A stretch of 64,000 bases of DNA from positions 105,743 through 169,742 of IMG/VR virus record IMGVR_UViG_3300032272_000002; one strand, given 5' to 3'. This document shows positions 36,366 to 46,147 of the stretch, one piece after another; the first letter of the stretch is position 1, and each line of letters opens with the position of its first letter. This stretch comes from a virus. Made by a program: the position numbers and the translations under genes. The notes beneath the pieces are model-generated. The model saw only the letters and a list, made by a program, of their open reading frames with translations. It was not told the origin of the DNA and made no database searches.

Positions 36366-39300
36366 TTATCCCGCCTGTCCTAGTGATGATAGTAGACCAC
36401 GCTCCTGCAATACCTGCAAGATAGAGTCAAGTTGTTCAAGCAATACATCAAGCTGTTCGTCCACCTGTTCGGCAGCCGCCTCTTGAACAGCCGCACGGAT
36501 CTCGGTAGTAAGATTCTCCAGTCCAGTAACCGATAGAGAGGTCTGGCCGTTAGTTTGCAGAGTAATATTAACGTCCTGGGCAGCACCAGCGGTCGCTGTC
36601 GTCCCAGTGTCCGTATCGCCACCAGTCGTGTTAGATTGAATAGCCGCGTTGCTATCGTTGATGTCGTCCAATCGTGACGAGATGTCTTGCAGCGTACTGA
36701 CCGTTGCCTCTAGTAGATCCTCATTGTTGCCGCCGCCAGAACCAATGTCTGTCAGTGCTTGAGTTACAGAGCGTGCAATAGCAGCCACAACGGTCTCGTT
36801 GATAGCCTTGATAGCTTCAATGCCAGCGGAGATAGGGCTTACATTGCCGTCCTGGAAGTTCGGAATGAAGCCACGGTTCCGCATCGGAATGATAGCTTCA
36901 CTTGTGTTAGCAACCGCAAGACCAGCACCACCCGGCATAGCACGCTTTTCACGACTAGCCGCACGGAGCAGTCCAGCAGCTTCCCCCGGAGTCAAATTGC
37001 CTCCAGCGAAATTCGGGATGTGTCCTGTCACAGCACTAACGGCGTTAGCTGCACCAATAACGGCAAGCTTGGCCGCAATGATATTGCCTACGCCCGCTAC
37101 GATTGTATCGCCCACTTCGCGGAACGTATTGTTCTGCTCGGCAAACAACTGAGCTTCCTTCTCAATCTGCTTCAGGGTATTGCGATCATTAGCAGCAATC
37201 ACGGCGGCAGTCAATTCCTGACGCTCTGCGTTAGCCGCGTTCAATACTGCTACCTCTTCCTGAATACCCTCACGGATCAGACCAAGCTCTTCACGAGCAC
37301 GCTCTTCGGCAATCTTGGCGACCTCAAGCTGTTCTTCGGCTGCCTCCACTGCACGCTGAGCCTCAGCGACCTGAGCGAACTGAAGTTGAGCATCCTTGAG
37401 TGCAAGATCCTGCAACATCTGAAGCTGTTCTACCTGCTGGTTCGTCAACTCTTCAAGAGATGGCAAGCCAACTTCAGGATCAATACCCGCACCAACTTGC
37501 CCAAGGGCTTCACGCAACTGCTCTACGCTGAAGCCACCAATGCTGGCAGTGTCAGGTAGTGCAGACAGGGCGTCTAGAATACTCTGACGAAGTGATAGCG
37601 GCAGGTTCAGAAGTGTGTCGGAGATCGCGGCGAAGTCACCTGAGCCCATGTTCAGGAAATTCTCAAACGATCCACCAAGCTGCTCAGCGACAAAGTTCAG
37701 TGCCTGAATGCCCTGAGCTAAGTCAGCATTTTCAGCACCGCTTTGGCCGAAGATGTTTAGACCAGCATTGACAATCTCATCTCTCGCCTGCTGCAAGAAC
37801 GATAGCGTTTCTTCTGAAAGTTGACGCTCAAGTTGAATACGTTGTTCAAGCGTAATGTTAGCCTCGTCCAGTACGTTACGGAACGATGAGTCTAAGCTAT
37901 TTAGACGCTCTTCAAATGTAGAGATACCACCAGTTAAGATGTCGATCTCACGTTGTAAGCTGTTAGATCTAATTTGTGCTTCTGCTACTGCACCATTAGC
38001 CGCAAGAATAGCACCGACTAAATCCTTATACGCAGAGTCTAGATCAGCCGTAGCACTTAGAACATCCTGCTGTGCAGACTTCAAGTTACCTAGGGCGTCA
38101 GCTTCTTGGTTTGCAAGATCTGCCAAACGATCTAATTCAAATTCCTCGAAGCTACGGCCCGCATCACGCAAAGCATTTTCAAATTCTTCTGTAGATTCGG
38201 CAAATTTCTCAAGTGCTTTAATACGCTCTTCTTCAGCCTTAGCTGCTTCGGTAGCGGCCTTGCTTTCCGCTTTAGCTAACGCAACTCGCGACTTAATTGT
38301 TTCAATAACTTCTTTACGACCAAGATCTTCTTTGTTAAGAAGTAGGACGTTACGTTCTTGTGCAAGCTCAGCACGCTTCAGGGCACCTTCGCTGTTTTCA
38401 GTAGAACCAGCAAGACTATCAATCTCAGCATCGAGACTACTAATCTGTGCATTCAAAGACTCAACTCGAATCGCTGCGGCTGCCGACACATTGTCTAGTG
38501 CAAGCTGAGCCTTCTCAACGTCTGAGATGTTTGCAATACCGCCAATATTGTTCATGGCCGCCTGTGCATCACCACCAAACTCCAACATTGAAATGCGGAA
38601 ATCATCCATTGATCGCTGTGCAGATTCGGCGGCTTGCTTCTGAGCTTCTGTCAACGCCTGATTTCGATTGAAGATCTCAACCTGAACAGCTTGCCCAGCT
38701 TCAGCAGCCTCAATCTGAGCCTGCATTCTGGTACGCTCAGCGGAAATGAACTTCTTAACAAAAGCAGCCTCTTCGTCGGGTAACTTCTTCAGGAACTTAA
38801 CGATAGCATCTGTAGACTCAGCACCAGCGGGCAATTGAGCCAGCTTAATAGCGGCATCAAACGTCTCCTTGGCCTTGCCTAAATCACCAAAGGCTGCACC
38901 ACCCTCTAGTGTACGCAAGCCCTCTCTGAATTGCTCAAAGTTCTTTTGTGCAATAGCGAACGCAGTAGCAGAACGATCAGCTTCAATACGCAACTTGTCT
39001 ACCCCCTTAGCAACATCTTGCGGTGCCTTGCTGGCGTCCTCAAGTGCAATGGATAGAGTTTGTAATTCTTGGAAGATCTTTTGAGTCGCAAAACGACGTT
39101 GGAATTCTTCAAACGTAAAGATTAAGCTTTCGAGCTTGCCGGTCACGGGATCTACGGCACGCTCTACCTTACCCATAGCTTTGAATAAGAGTTCAAGCTG
39201 TTCGTCAAATCGTAAGGAACTTTCGCCAGTCTCGCCATACGAATCACGAAGCATGGCAAGAGCCTCTGCATTTACAAAGTACTCACTCTCTAGAGAGGTC

Positions 39301-41480
39301 AGGTTTTTGATAGTCTCTCTGCCCAGGCTCGGATCAAACAAAACACCCTTCAAAGATTCAATATCTTTAATGAATGCTTTTGACGTACTGTCTAGTCCTT
39401 TGAATGCTTGCTGGAATACTTTGTCAAAACTAATTTGATCTGATGTGCGACCACGAATACTCTTAGCAATATCTTCAATTAAAGTCTTGCCAACTAATTC
39501 AGCATCAGTAATCTCTACGAACGCTTCCTGACCAAGACGGGTCTGCTTTCTCTCAGCCGCACCTTCGAATGCTACCCTGTTCTTTTCAGCCTCTTCAGCA
39601 AAGCGGCTGATTGAGCTAGAAGCAACACTAAGTAATGCGGCAAACCCACCAAGTAGAGGATTGATGAGAGCAAACTGCAAGCCCATCTGCGTGGCACTAC
39701 CACCAATGTCTAGTAGGTTATTAACGGCACTACGACTACCTTCTTCGGCAGTTCCTAGGGCACCCTTTAGTTTCTCAGCAGCACCAGCCGCAGCAATAGA
39801 GGCGGCGGTGAAGAATGCAATACGACCAACAGCATTATTAAGTACAGGGTTCAGGCCACGCGATACGGTAGCTTGTCCTCTACTGAGTGCTCCAGTAAAC
39901 CGCTGCAACATAGTGGTAGACTGTACAGTCGCTCCAAGATTACGACTCTTAGCATCAACTAGCTGTCGAACCTTGCCGATCTCAACGTTAACCACACGCT
40001 GATTACGAATAGCCTGCAAGCGTAGATTAGCCAGCTCATTGGCTGCGGACTTAGCCTCAAGCTCCAACGGGCCTAGTCCAGCACCGCCGCCAGGCCGAGC
40101 ACCGCCACCGCCAGCAGCACCGCCGCCGAGAACGTTACGGAGACCACCACCAATACCCAATACAGACGCAGTAGCCGTTCCTGCAAACAATGCAAGGATA
40201 GGAGCAAATGACGCACCCATCTCATCAATAAGGCTAACGCCCTTACCAAAGATTTCAATTAGCTTTGTTGCACCGACAACAGCTTGATTAAGAGCATCGC
40301 CAACGCCTGCTTCACTAATTGTACGGGCCAGTTCCTGACCACTAACCTTTAGCTGCTCCAGCTTCTCACTCAACGATGTAGCAATAACTTCGTTCTTACC
40401 TTGAGCCGTACCAAGAGCGTCAGACGCCTGAGCCGACAATTCGAGACCACGGTCCAAGGACTTAACAACAGCCAAGAAGGATTCAAACTGACGAACGCCA
40501 GCAATAGACTTGGCAATATTAGCCTGTTGCGATTCAGTCAGTCCATTGAACTTACCCTGAATATCAACAAGCACTTCCGCCAGTGGTCGAAGAGTACCAT
40601 CAAGGTTAACTACTTCAACTCCAAGTCCACGCACGGCATTCTGGGCTTCGCCAGCAGCCGTAATACGTGTCGATAGGGTCTTGAAGAAGGTACCAACCTC
40701 ACGGCCTGACTTTCGAGTCTGTTCCCTCAGACCGGCGATCAAACCAATTGTATCTTCGAAGCTCTTAGTAGCGAAGGCAAGAGCGTTACCACCTGTACGG
40801 AAGGCTTGAGCAATATCTTGAGCACCAACGGCAGCAAGGTCTTCAACTCGAATAACCTTATCAAAGGCTTCGCTCAGATCACCTAGCTCATCACCGAAAA
40901 TCTTGGTTGCGGCAATAGCAAATTCCTGAGCTTCCGCAACCTCTAGCGTACTAACCTTAGCGGCGAGAGCAGCGGTAGCCGCCAGCTCTTCAGCCTGCTG
41001 AAGACTGAAACCAGCCTGTACGAACAATCGAATACCCTTGGCTGCTTCCAGAGCACTAACTCGGAATTCTGTACCAATACGGAATGCGGCATCAGCGATG
41101 TCATTAAAGCGATTCCCTAGACCATCAATATCAAGAGAGATAATACGCTTGATCTCAGCTTCCAAATCAACCAAAAAGCTCACACTGCCCTGAAGGGCCT
41201 TGTTCATCGTGGCGAAGGCGGGCAGAAGAATAGCGAACTGAGTCATTCTCTGCAAGAAGAGGCGAGCCGCACGAGCATTGCCCTCAAGAGCTGGACGCAC
41301 AGACTGAGTGCTTGAGGCTAATTGACGCATGCCGCGATCAGCCTGCTTCAATCTCGTGTTGGTCTGACCCAACGAAACAGGAACACCCGCAATGGCACGA
41401 CTGATCTTCTGAAAGATACGCGGATCAATATCCACGTCTGTCAGCTTCAGAATGCTTTCAATTTGAATTCTCTTAGCCAT
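36366..41480 (-). CDS. tail tape measure protein
   Basis: 1704 aa, Ala/Glu/Leu/Gln-rich helical; TP901-type core (DIAQAFRTGG...IGLIAGL.EQTRKSGREVGTFFKTLSTRI); hydrophobic segments. Confidence 0.92.
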   Translation of the reverse strand: MAKRIQIESILKLTDVDIDPRIFQKISRAIAGVPVSLGQTNTRLKQADRGMRQLASSTQSVRPALEGNARAARLFLQRMTQFAILLPAFATMNKALQGSVSFLVDLEAEIKRIISLDIDGLGNRFNDIADAAFRIGTEFRVSALEAAKGIRLFVQAGFSLQQAEELAATAALAAKVSTLEVAEAQEFAIAATKIFGDELGDLSEAFDKVIRVEDLAAVGAQDIAQAFRTGGNALAFATKSFEDTIGLIAGLREQTRKSGREVGTFFKTLSTRITAAGEAQNAVRGLGVEVVNLDGTLRPLAEVLVDIQGKFNGLTESQQANIAKSIAGVRQFESFLAVVKSLDRGLELSAQASDALGTAQGKNEVIATSLSEKLEQLKVSGQELARTISEAGVGDALNQAVVGATKLIEIFGKGVSLIDEMGASFAPILALFAGTATASVLGIGGGLRNVLGGGAAGGGGARPGGGAGLGPLELEAKSAANELANLRLQAIRNQRVVNVEIGKVRQLVDAKSRNLGATVQSTTMLQRFTGALSRGQATVSRGLNPVLNNAVGRIAFFTAASIAAAGAAEKLKGALGTAEEGSRSAVNNLLDIGGSATQMGLQFALINPLLGGFAALLSVASSSISRFAEEAEKNRVAFEGAAERKQTRLGQEAFVEITDAELVGKTLIEDIAKSIRGRTSDQISFDKVFQQAFKGLDSTSKAFIKDIESLKGVLFDPSLGRETIKNLTSLESEYFVNAEALAMLRDSYGETGESSLRFDEQLELLFKAMGKVERAVDPVTGKLESLIFTFEEFQRRFATQKIFQELQTLSIALEDASKAPQDVAKGVDKLRIEADRSATAFAIAQKNFEQFREGLRTLEGGAAFGDLGKAKETFDAAIKLAQLPAGAESTDAIVKFLKKLPDEEAAFVKKFISAERTRMQAQIEAAEAGQAVQVEIFNRNQALTEAQKQAAESAQRSMDDFRISMLEFGGDAQAAMNNIGGIANISDVEKAQLALDNVSAAAAIRVESLNAQISSLDAEIDSLAGSTENSEGALKRAELAQERNVLLLNKEDLGRKEVIETIKSRVALAKAESKAATEAAKAEEERIKALEKFAESTEEFENALRDAGRSFEEFELDRLADLANQEADALGNLKSAQQDVLSATADLDSAYKDLVGAILAANGAVAEAQIRSNSLQREIDILTGGISTFEERLNSLDSSFRNVLDEANITLEQRIQLERQLSEETLSFLQQARDEIVNAGLNIFGQSGAENADLAQGIQALNFVAEQLGGSFENFLNMGSGDFAAISDTLLNLPLSLRQSILDALSALPDTASIGGFSVEQLREALGQVGAGIDPEVGLPSLEELTNQQVEQLQMLQDLALKDAQLQFAQVAEAQRAVEAAEEQLEVAKIAEERAREELGLIREGIQEEVAVLNAANAERQELTAAVIAANDRNTLKQIEKEAQLFAEQNNTFREVGDTIVAGVGNIIAAKLAVIGAANAVSAVTGHIPNFAGGNLTPGEAAGLLRAASREKRAMPGGAGLAVANTSEAIIPMRNRGFIPNFQDGNVSPISAGIEAIKAINETVVAAIARSVTQALTDIGSGGGNNEDLLEATVSTLQDISSRLDDINDSNAAIQSNTTGGDTDTGTTATAGAAQDVNITLQTNGQTSLSVTGLENLTTEIRAAVQEAAAEQVDEQLDVLLEQLDSILQVLQERGLLSSLGQAG

Positions 41481-42123
41481 TGATATTCTTATTCATTAAT
41501 TCGACAACTTTCTTGTCGATTGCTTCTTGAATCTTGCTAGTGTTCTCACTCACCCATTTGTCTTCATAGTTAAGTAATGCCTCAGGAAAACGCCAGAGAC
41601 CCGAGCTACCCAGGGCACCTCGCGGCAACATCAAACCGCCGAGCGGCGAACCAAGACGAATAGACCTTTGTCCGCCCAAGACCTTCCGACGAGGAACGAA
41701 CCCACTATTAACCTGCTTCTTATCAAAAACCCACTCCATCCAAGATGAAATGGTCAAATGACCAGTGCCAGCGGCGGGATGTTTGGTGGCCGCCTTTAGG
41801 GCAGCTACGTTTCCAAATTCTAACTTAAGAGTATCTCCTTTTCTTTTTACTCTAAATGCAGAAGACTCATAAGCCTTTAGTAGTTTGGGTGGCTCAGTTG
41901 ATGGGATACCAAGCTGGCTCAGCCCATCAGGGCTGCTGATAAACCTGAAGAACTCAGTGTCCTTGATGCCCTGGATGCCCATGCCACCACGAACCATAGC
42001 TCTTACTAGGTCCTTAGACATCCAACGTTCCAGATCGTCCAGCGTCTTCTTCCACGCTTGCTTCAGGTTCAGCTTGATCTGTTTCGTCGGATTGCCCAGT
42101 ATCTTGGCGTGCCACCGTGCCAT
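41473..42123 (-). CDS. putative tail completion / neck protein
   Basis: Basic 216-aa protein just upstream of the tape measure gene. Confidence 0.55.
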   Translation of the reverse strand: MARWHAKILGNPTKQIKLNLKQAWKKTLDDLERWMSKDLVRAMVRGGMGIQGIKDTEFFRFISSPDGLSQLGIPSTEPPKLLKAYESSAFRVKRKGDTLKLEFGNVAALKAATKHPAAGTGHLTISSWMEWVFDKKQVNSGFVPRRKVLGGQRSIRLGSPLGGLMLPRGALGSSGLWRFPEALLNYEDKWVSENTSKIQEAIDKKVVELMNKNING

Positions 42124-42835
42124 CCTCTTCTTCTCCTAAGTTTTCTAATGCGTCTTCTCTGCGTCGGGCGATCTCTTTTTCTACATCTTCTTCAATCGCA
42201 CGATCCATAATGCTCTCACGAACATCCTTTAAATACTTGGACTCTGGATACTTGCCTTCGATATCGTCGCGGACTGCTTTTAGAATCTCGCTCTGTACCT
42301 CAACGACTTCGAGATATACCGTGGATTTCATATTCTCTTCTTTCTCACGGACAAAATCTTCGTACGTCTTCCAGTATCGCTGGTCAGTAGCCGCCAGCCG
42401 CGTGCAGGCAGCCATCATGGCCTCTGTCTTAATCAGTTCAGCCAGTGCCTCGGCTGAATGCATGAAGACCGTTTGCTGAATAAGGAACAGCTCCCACATC
42501 TTGTCTCGCTGCTCATTCATATCCTGAGCAAGCTTTTCACACTCGTCATCATCACCAGACTGCTCTGCTTTCAAGAGTCGAGCATGTAGTAGTGCGATAG
42601 TGGCGACAATCTTCTTATATTTTACTTCGTCTTCCTCAGTCCACATGCCATGATCTCTCATCACGGAACGTAGCTTTTCTCTGGGGAAAATGCCTTGTGA
42701 TAGTGCCTTGGAATATGCTACCTTATAATAGCGTTCACCCTCGGTCTCAATCGGTAGAGTTGGTGCCGCAAGCTTAAATTGCATGTCAGCCCCGAACTTG
42801 TCCTTCGCGTTGAATTCTCTTTTAATTTCTTCCAT
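42014..42835 (-). CDS. putative tail assembly chaperone
   Basis: Acidic helical protein between tail tube and tape measure genes. Confidence 0.55.
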   Translation of the reverse strand: MEEIKREFNAKDKFGADMQFKLAAPTLPIETEGERYYKVAYSKALSQGIFPREKLRSVMRDHGMWTEEDEVKYKKIVATIALLHARLLKAEQSGDDDECEKLAQDMNEQRDKMWELFLIQQTVFMHSAEALAELIKTEAMMAACTRLAATDQRYWKTYEDFVREKEENMKSTVYLEVVEVQSEILKAVRDDIEGKYPESKYLKDVRESIMDRAIEEDVEKEIARRREDALENLGEEEDGTVARQDTGQSDETDQAEPEASVEEDAGRSGTLDV

Positions 42836-42837
42836 AC

Positions 42838-43383
42838 CTAGCTCCTGTATAATTTAATCAGTTCCTCCCGCCACTGATGATATTCTTCCCTAACCCCCGC
42901 GTGTAAACGGTACCTATCCATAATAGGTAATACACAATTTACGCACGAATCGATACCAACAATTTCGAGAACAAGACTTCCGTCCTGCTCGTACACTACG
43001 CCACTACCGAATTCTGCCCTAATGGCCTGCAAAACCTTACTGCGGTCTTTAGCACCATAGATCTTGAAAAAAGGAGATACGACTACTCCAAACTCCATTC
43101 GCTGAACGGTCTCAAGGAAGGTCTTGGTCACAGCTAATGGCCGATCATCGTCCGCTCGCATGGGGCGAAACTCTACATCATAATCGTATAGCTCGTCGCG
43201 TTGGGCTCGCATAACATCATTAAATGCCGTGCGTAATCCTGCCTTAAATTTCTGACCATCCGTAGTGTCTTCCAGCTCAGAGAAACGACCCTCGAAGCCT
43301 TCTAGGGTCTGAATCATTAAGTGCCTTGTTCGCCTTTCTGTACTGCGAATGAGCTGGTCGCGGGAGTAATTTTGCTTTCTCAT
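42838..43383 (-). CDS. hypothetical protein
   Basis: Coupled 181-aa ORF in the tail module. Confidence 0.7.
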   Translation of the reverse strand: MRKQNYSRDQLIRSTERRTRHLMIQTLEGFEGRFSELEDTTDGQKFKAGLRTAFNDVMRAQRDELYDYDVEFRPMRADDDRPLAVTKTFLETVQRMEFGVVVSPFFKIYGAKDRSKVLQAIRAEFGSGVVYEQDGSLVLEIVGIDSCVNCVLPIMDRYRLHAGVREEYHQWREELIKLYRS

Positions 43384-44567
43384 TTTTTAAATACTTTGCT
43401 GTCTGAGCCAAGCAGAATGCGTGACCTCTTCTTGCGTAAATCCTGTTCTTCGATAGTGCCGTGCTTTCCTACTGCATCGTGCTCTTGATTGATATGTGAC
43501 CTTACCTGTGCTGAATTACGGTTATAAACCTCTTTACTAATCCTTGACTTCTCTTCCGCAGTATAGTAGCGGAAGGTACCAAACGGACAGTCGGCGGCGT
43601 GAGGCTTCTTAAGGCCCAAACCAACCGTCTTTTGCGGACCTATTCCACAGACACAAGCTTCACTGAATTCACCATCCAGGATAGCTCCTTGTTCGTGGTG
43701 ATGACCACCCGCCTTAGTACCCTCCATCTTGCCCTCTTTTCTTTCAAGGTCTCGATTTGCTAGCCACTCATCATATTTGTCGTCATCTTGAAAGGTGTCC
43801 TCGCTGGGGCGATCCGGATCCTCATAACCGATATCGTAGACCCTGCTCCAATAAACCAGCATCTTCTGGTTCATGTTCAGATCACCAATAGGACGATCAA
43901 ACAGTCCACTGAGATTCTCTTTATTTAACGTCCAAACCAATCGCCATTCAGCGTTACGAGCAATCTCACGTAGTTCCGGTTCATCCCACAAACTCTCTGT
44001 TAACAGATGGTGGGATAGATATGCGATAAGGTCGGGGTGCTTTCTTGTGGCTTGCAAGAATGCCTCATCGTCTGGCCAGAACAGCGTGCCGTCCACATTG
44101 AGTGCGACACGCATTAAAAGATGAAAGACCGCAACCTCATGAGCTTGATACTCAGAAGTTTGGGTCTTCAAATAATTAGACTTGGCTAAAACTCGGCTGC
44201 GTAATTTTTCAGTTTCTTTTAGCTGTCTTTCTAATAGCTTCTTGCGAGAAGCAAATTTCTGACCAGAGATTTCAGACTCCAAGAACTTAATGTGGTCGTC
44301 TGCTTCCTTTTGAACGCGATCATCTTCTTCGGTCCAATAGTCAGATTCACGGGCAGTTTTAAACACTTCCCGCTCGGTAGGTACTTTAACTTCAATACTC
44401 TTCTGCTCTTCCAGGCGACGGATATATAAGAAGTAATTCCAGTCTTCTACAACTGGATCACGCATAATGACCGTACGCACACCTTCTGGTGCTGGAATCT
44501 CTGCGGGAATCGTGACGTATCTACGATCCCACATTAATAGTCGAAGTTTATCCTGAACCGTTAACAT
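43380..44567 (-). CDS. putative tail assembly chaperone-like protein
   Basis: Follows the tail tube gene; YE.PDRP.E....DD..YDEWL motif. Confidence 0.55.
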   Translation of the reverse strand: MLTVQDKLRLLMWDRRYVTIPAEIPAPEGVRTVIMRDPVVEDWNYFLYIRRLEEQKSIEVKVPTEREVFKTARESDYWTEEDDRVQKEADDHIKFLESEISGQKFASRKKLLERQLKETEKLRSRVLAKSNYLKTQTSEYQAHEVAVFHLLMRVALNVDGTLFWPDDEAFLQATRKHPDLIAYLSHHLLTESLWDEPELREIARNAEWRLVWTLNKENLSGLFDRPIGDLNMNQKMLVYWSRVYDIGYEDPDRPSEDTFQDDDKYDEWLANRDLERKEGKMEGTKAGGHHHEQGAILDGEFSEACVCGIGPQKTVGLGLKKPHAADCPFGTFRYYTAEEKSRISKEVYNRNSAQVRSHINQEHDAVGKHGTIEEQDLRKKRSRILLGSDSKVFKK

Positions 44568-44590
44568 ACCTATACCTAGGGGGAAGAGTG

Positions 44591-44626
44591 ACCCGGCAGA
44601 GGCTTACCCCCTGTCCCCTGCCGGGT
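44591..44626 (-). terminator. GC-rich hairpin after the tail tube gene (no U-tract; stabiliser or attenuator)
   Basis: ACCCGGCAGGGG...CCTCTGCCGGGT 12-bp stem on the minus strand. Confidence 0.55.
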
Positions 44627-44644
44627 TCAGCTCACCAAGGTATT

Positions 44645-46057
44645 TTAGAAGATACCTAGGTCACTCCGTCTGAAGGACGGAGCACCGACGTTGAATCGAC
44701 TGTTACCAGTTTCGAACACCAAAACTCGGTGGTTCGGCTGGAACAAGTCGTGCGAAACGTTGAAGACGTTGAAGGAACTGTAGTTATACGTGATGGTCAT
44801 GTTATCACCACCAGCGTCACCACCGCCCATTTCAACACTCGTCAGACGGTTCGCGTCCCCAAGGTCAACTTGGAGACCGTCACAAGTACGGAGAATGATT
44901 GTGTTAGATTCGGACGTGTTGTCCGGACCACAGTCAATATCCGATGTAGCGTCGATCAGGTCACCTTGAGAGGTGATAACTTCAACCGAGGCAGTAGCTT
45001 CCAGCGGGAAGGCAGGAACCTTCACGAATGGACGCTTGGAGCCAAGCTCGAAGATGTCGTCACGGGCCACAGAGAACGAAACCGTAATCGTCTGAATGTG
45101 CTCTAGGATGTTGTCCGTGTTGGCATCGCCAATTAGCTGGCTAGTGCCAGCAAGCGTACCAGGACCCTGAGCACCGAAGCCGCCATTTACAAAGGCGGAA
45201 TCAATACCAGACGCGGCGAATTCAATCATACCGGGAATGTCTGCCGGTAGAACCGAACGTCGAATGTCGATTTCTTCACGACGCTGGATACCAGAGCCAA
45301 CGATGATAACACCGAAGCGGTCAGTACCACCAGCAAGCTCAGCAGCACCACCTTCGACAAGAGCCGAAGTCAGTCCGTCGTGACCGAAGACACCAGAAGG
45401 CGTACCTTCAGGGGCGTTCGGGTTGTTACCGAGTGCGTCATCAGGCCAGATAACCAGCGGCTCGCCACCGTTACCAGCATTATGACCAGCAGTAACACCA
45501 GATACCGCCTCAATAGCACCCCAAATCTTGTCGTTACCAACCAGGGTGATGTCTTCACTTACGAAGCCATCAATAGGGAAGGTATACGAAATATTCGAGA
45601 CGTACATGCCAGACGCCGTTACAATAGATAACGGTCGGCCAGTAGCACGGAATTGAGTATCCGGATAAATTTGCATAGTGACATCGACCCGATAATTCGC
45701 AGTACGAGCAACGATATCATTCGCCGCAGTCGGATCAGTCACCATAAAGAATAGGGCTTTCGTACCATCGATAGCCTTAGAGAGAGTCATCTCAATATCG
45801 GGCTGACGCTCAGAGTACTCATAGATTTCTACCTGACCAAGCTGGAACGTTTGCTCCAGATTGAAAGTAGTGCTCATACCAGCACTTTGAAGGCCGCGAG
45901 GTACCTCCCACAGTCCACCCACTTGGTCCACACCGGACGCCAGAGTGCCTGTTGAATATTCGAGGGCTCCGAGCGAGGCAACCGTACTCGTTGCCGCAGC
46001 AGCATTATCTTTAATCGCTACCTGCTCAATCGCCCAAAATACACGATTGTTAACCAT
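44645..46057 (-). CDS. major tail tube protein
   Basis: NNRVFWAIEQV, GLQSAGMSTTFNLEQTFQLGQVEIYE, IQTITVS....RDDIFELGSKRPF; strong Shine-Dalgarno and own promoter motif. Confidence 0.75.
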   Translation of the reverse strand: MVNNRVFWAIEQVAIKDNAAAATSTVASLGALEYSTGTLASGVDQVGGLWEVPRGLQSAGMSTTFNLEQTFQLGQVEIYEYSERQPDIEMTLSKAIDGTKALFFMVTDPTAANDIVARTANYRVDVTMQIYPDTQFRATGRPLSIVTASGMYVSNISYTFPIDGFVSEDITLVGNDKIWGAIEAVSGVTAGHNAGNGGEPLVIWPDDALGNNPNAPEGTPSGVFGHDGLTSALVEGGAAELAGGTDRFGVIIVGSGIQRREEIDIRRSVLPADIPGMIEFAASGIDSAFVNGGFGAQGPGTLAGTSQLIGDANTDNILEHIQTITVSFSVARDDIFELGSKRPFVKVPAFPLEATASVEVITSQGDLIDATSDIDCGPDNTSESNTIILRTCDGLQVDLGDANRLTSVEMGGGDAGGDNMTITYNYSSFNVFNVSHDLFQPNHRVLVFETGNSRFNVGAPSFRRSDLGIF

Positions 46058-46137
46058 TTTTTTCCTCCTTGAAAGAAGCTAGCTTAATGAGGATTAAACT
46101 TTGCAAAGAAGAGCCACACTTATAGCTCATGAAATAT

Positions 46138-46145
46138 TACACTAA
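46138..46145 (-). promoter_or_regulatory. TTAGTGTA candidate late promoter (copy 4)
   Basis: TTAGTG-TAATAT upstream of the tail tube gene. Confidence 0.7.
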
Positions 46146-46147
46146 AC

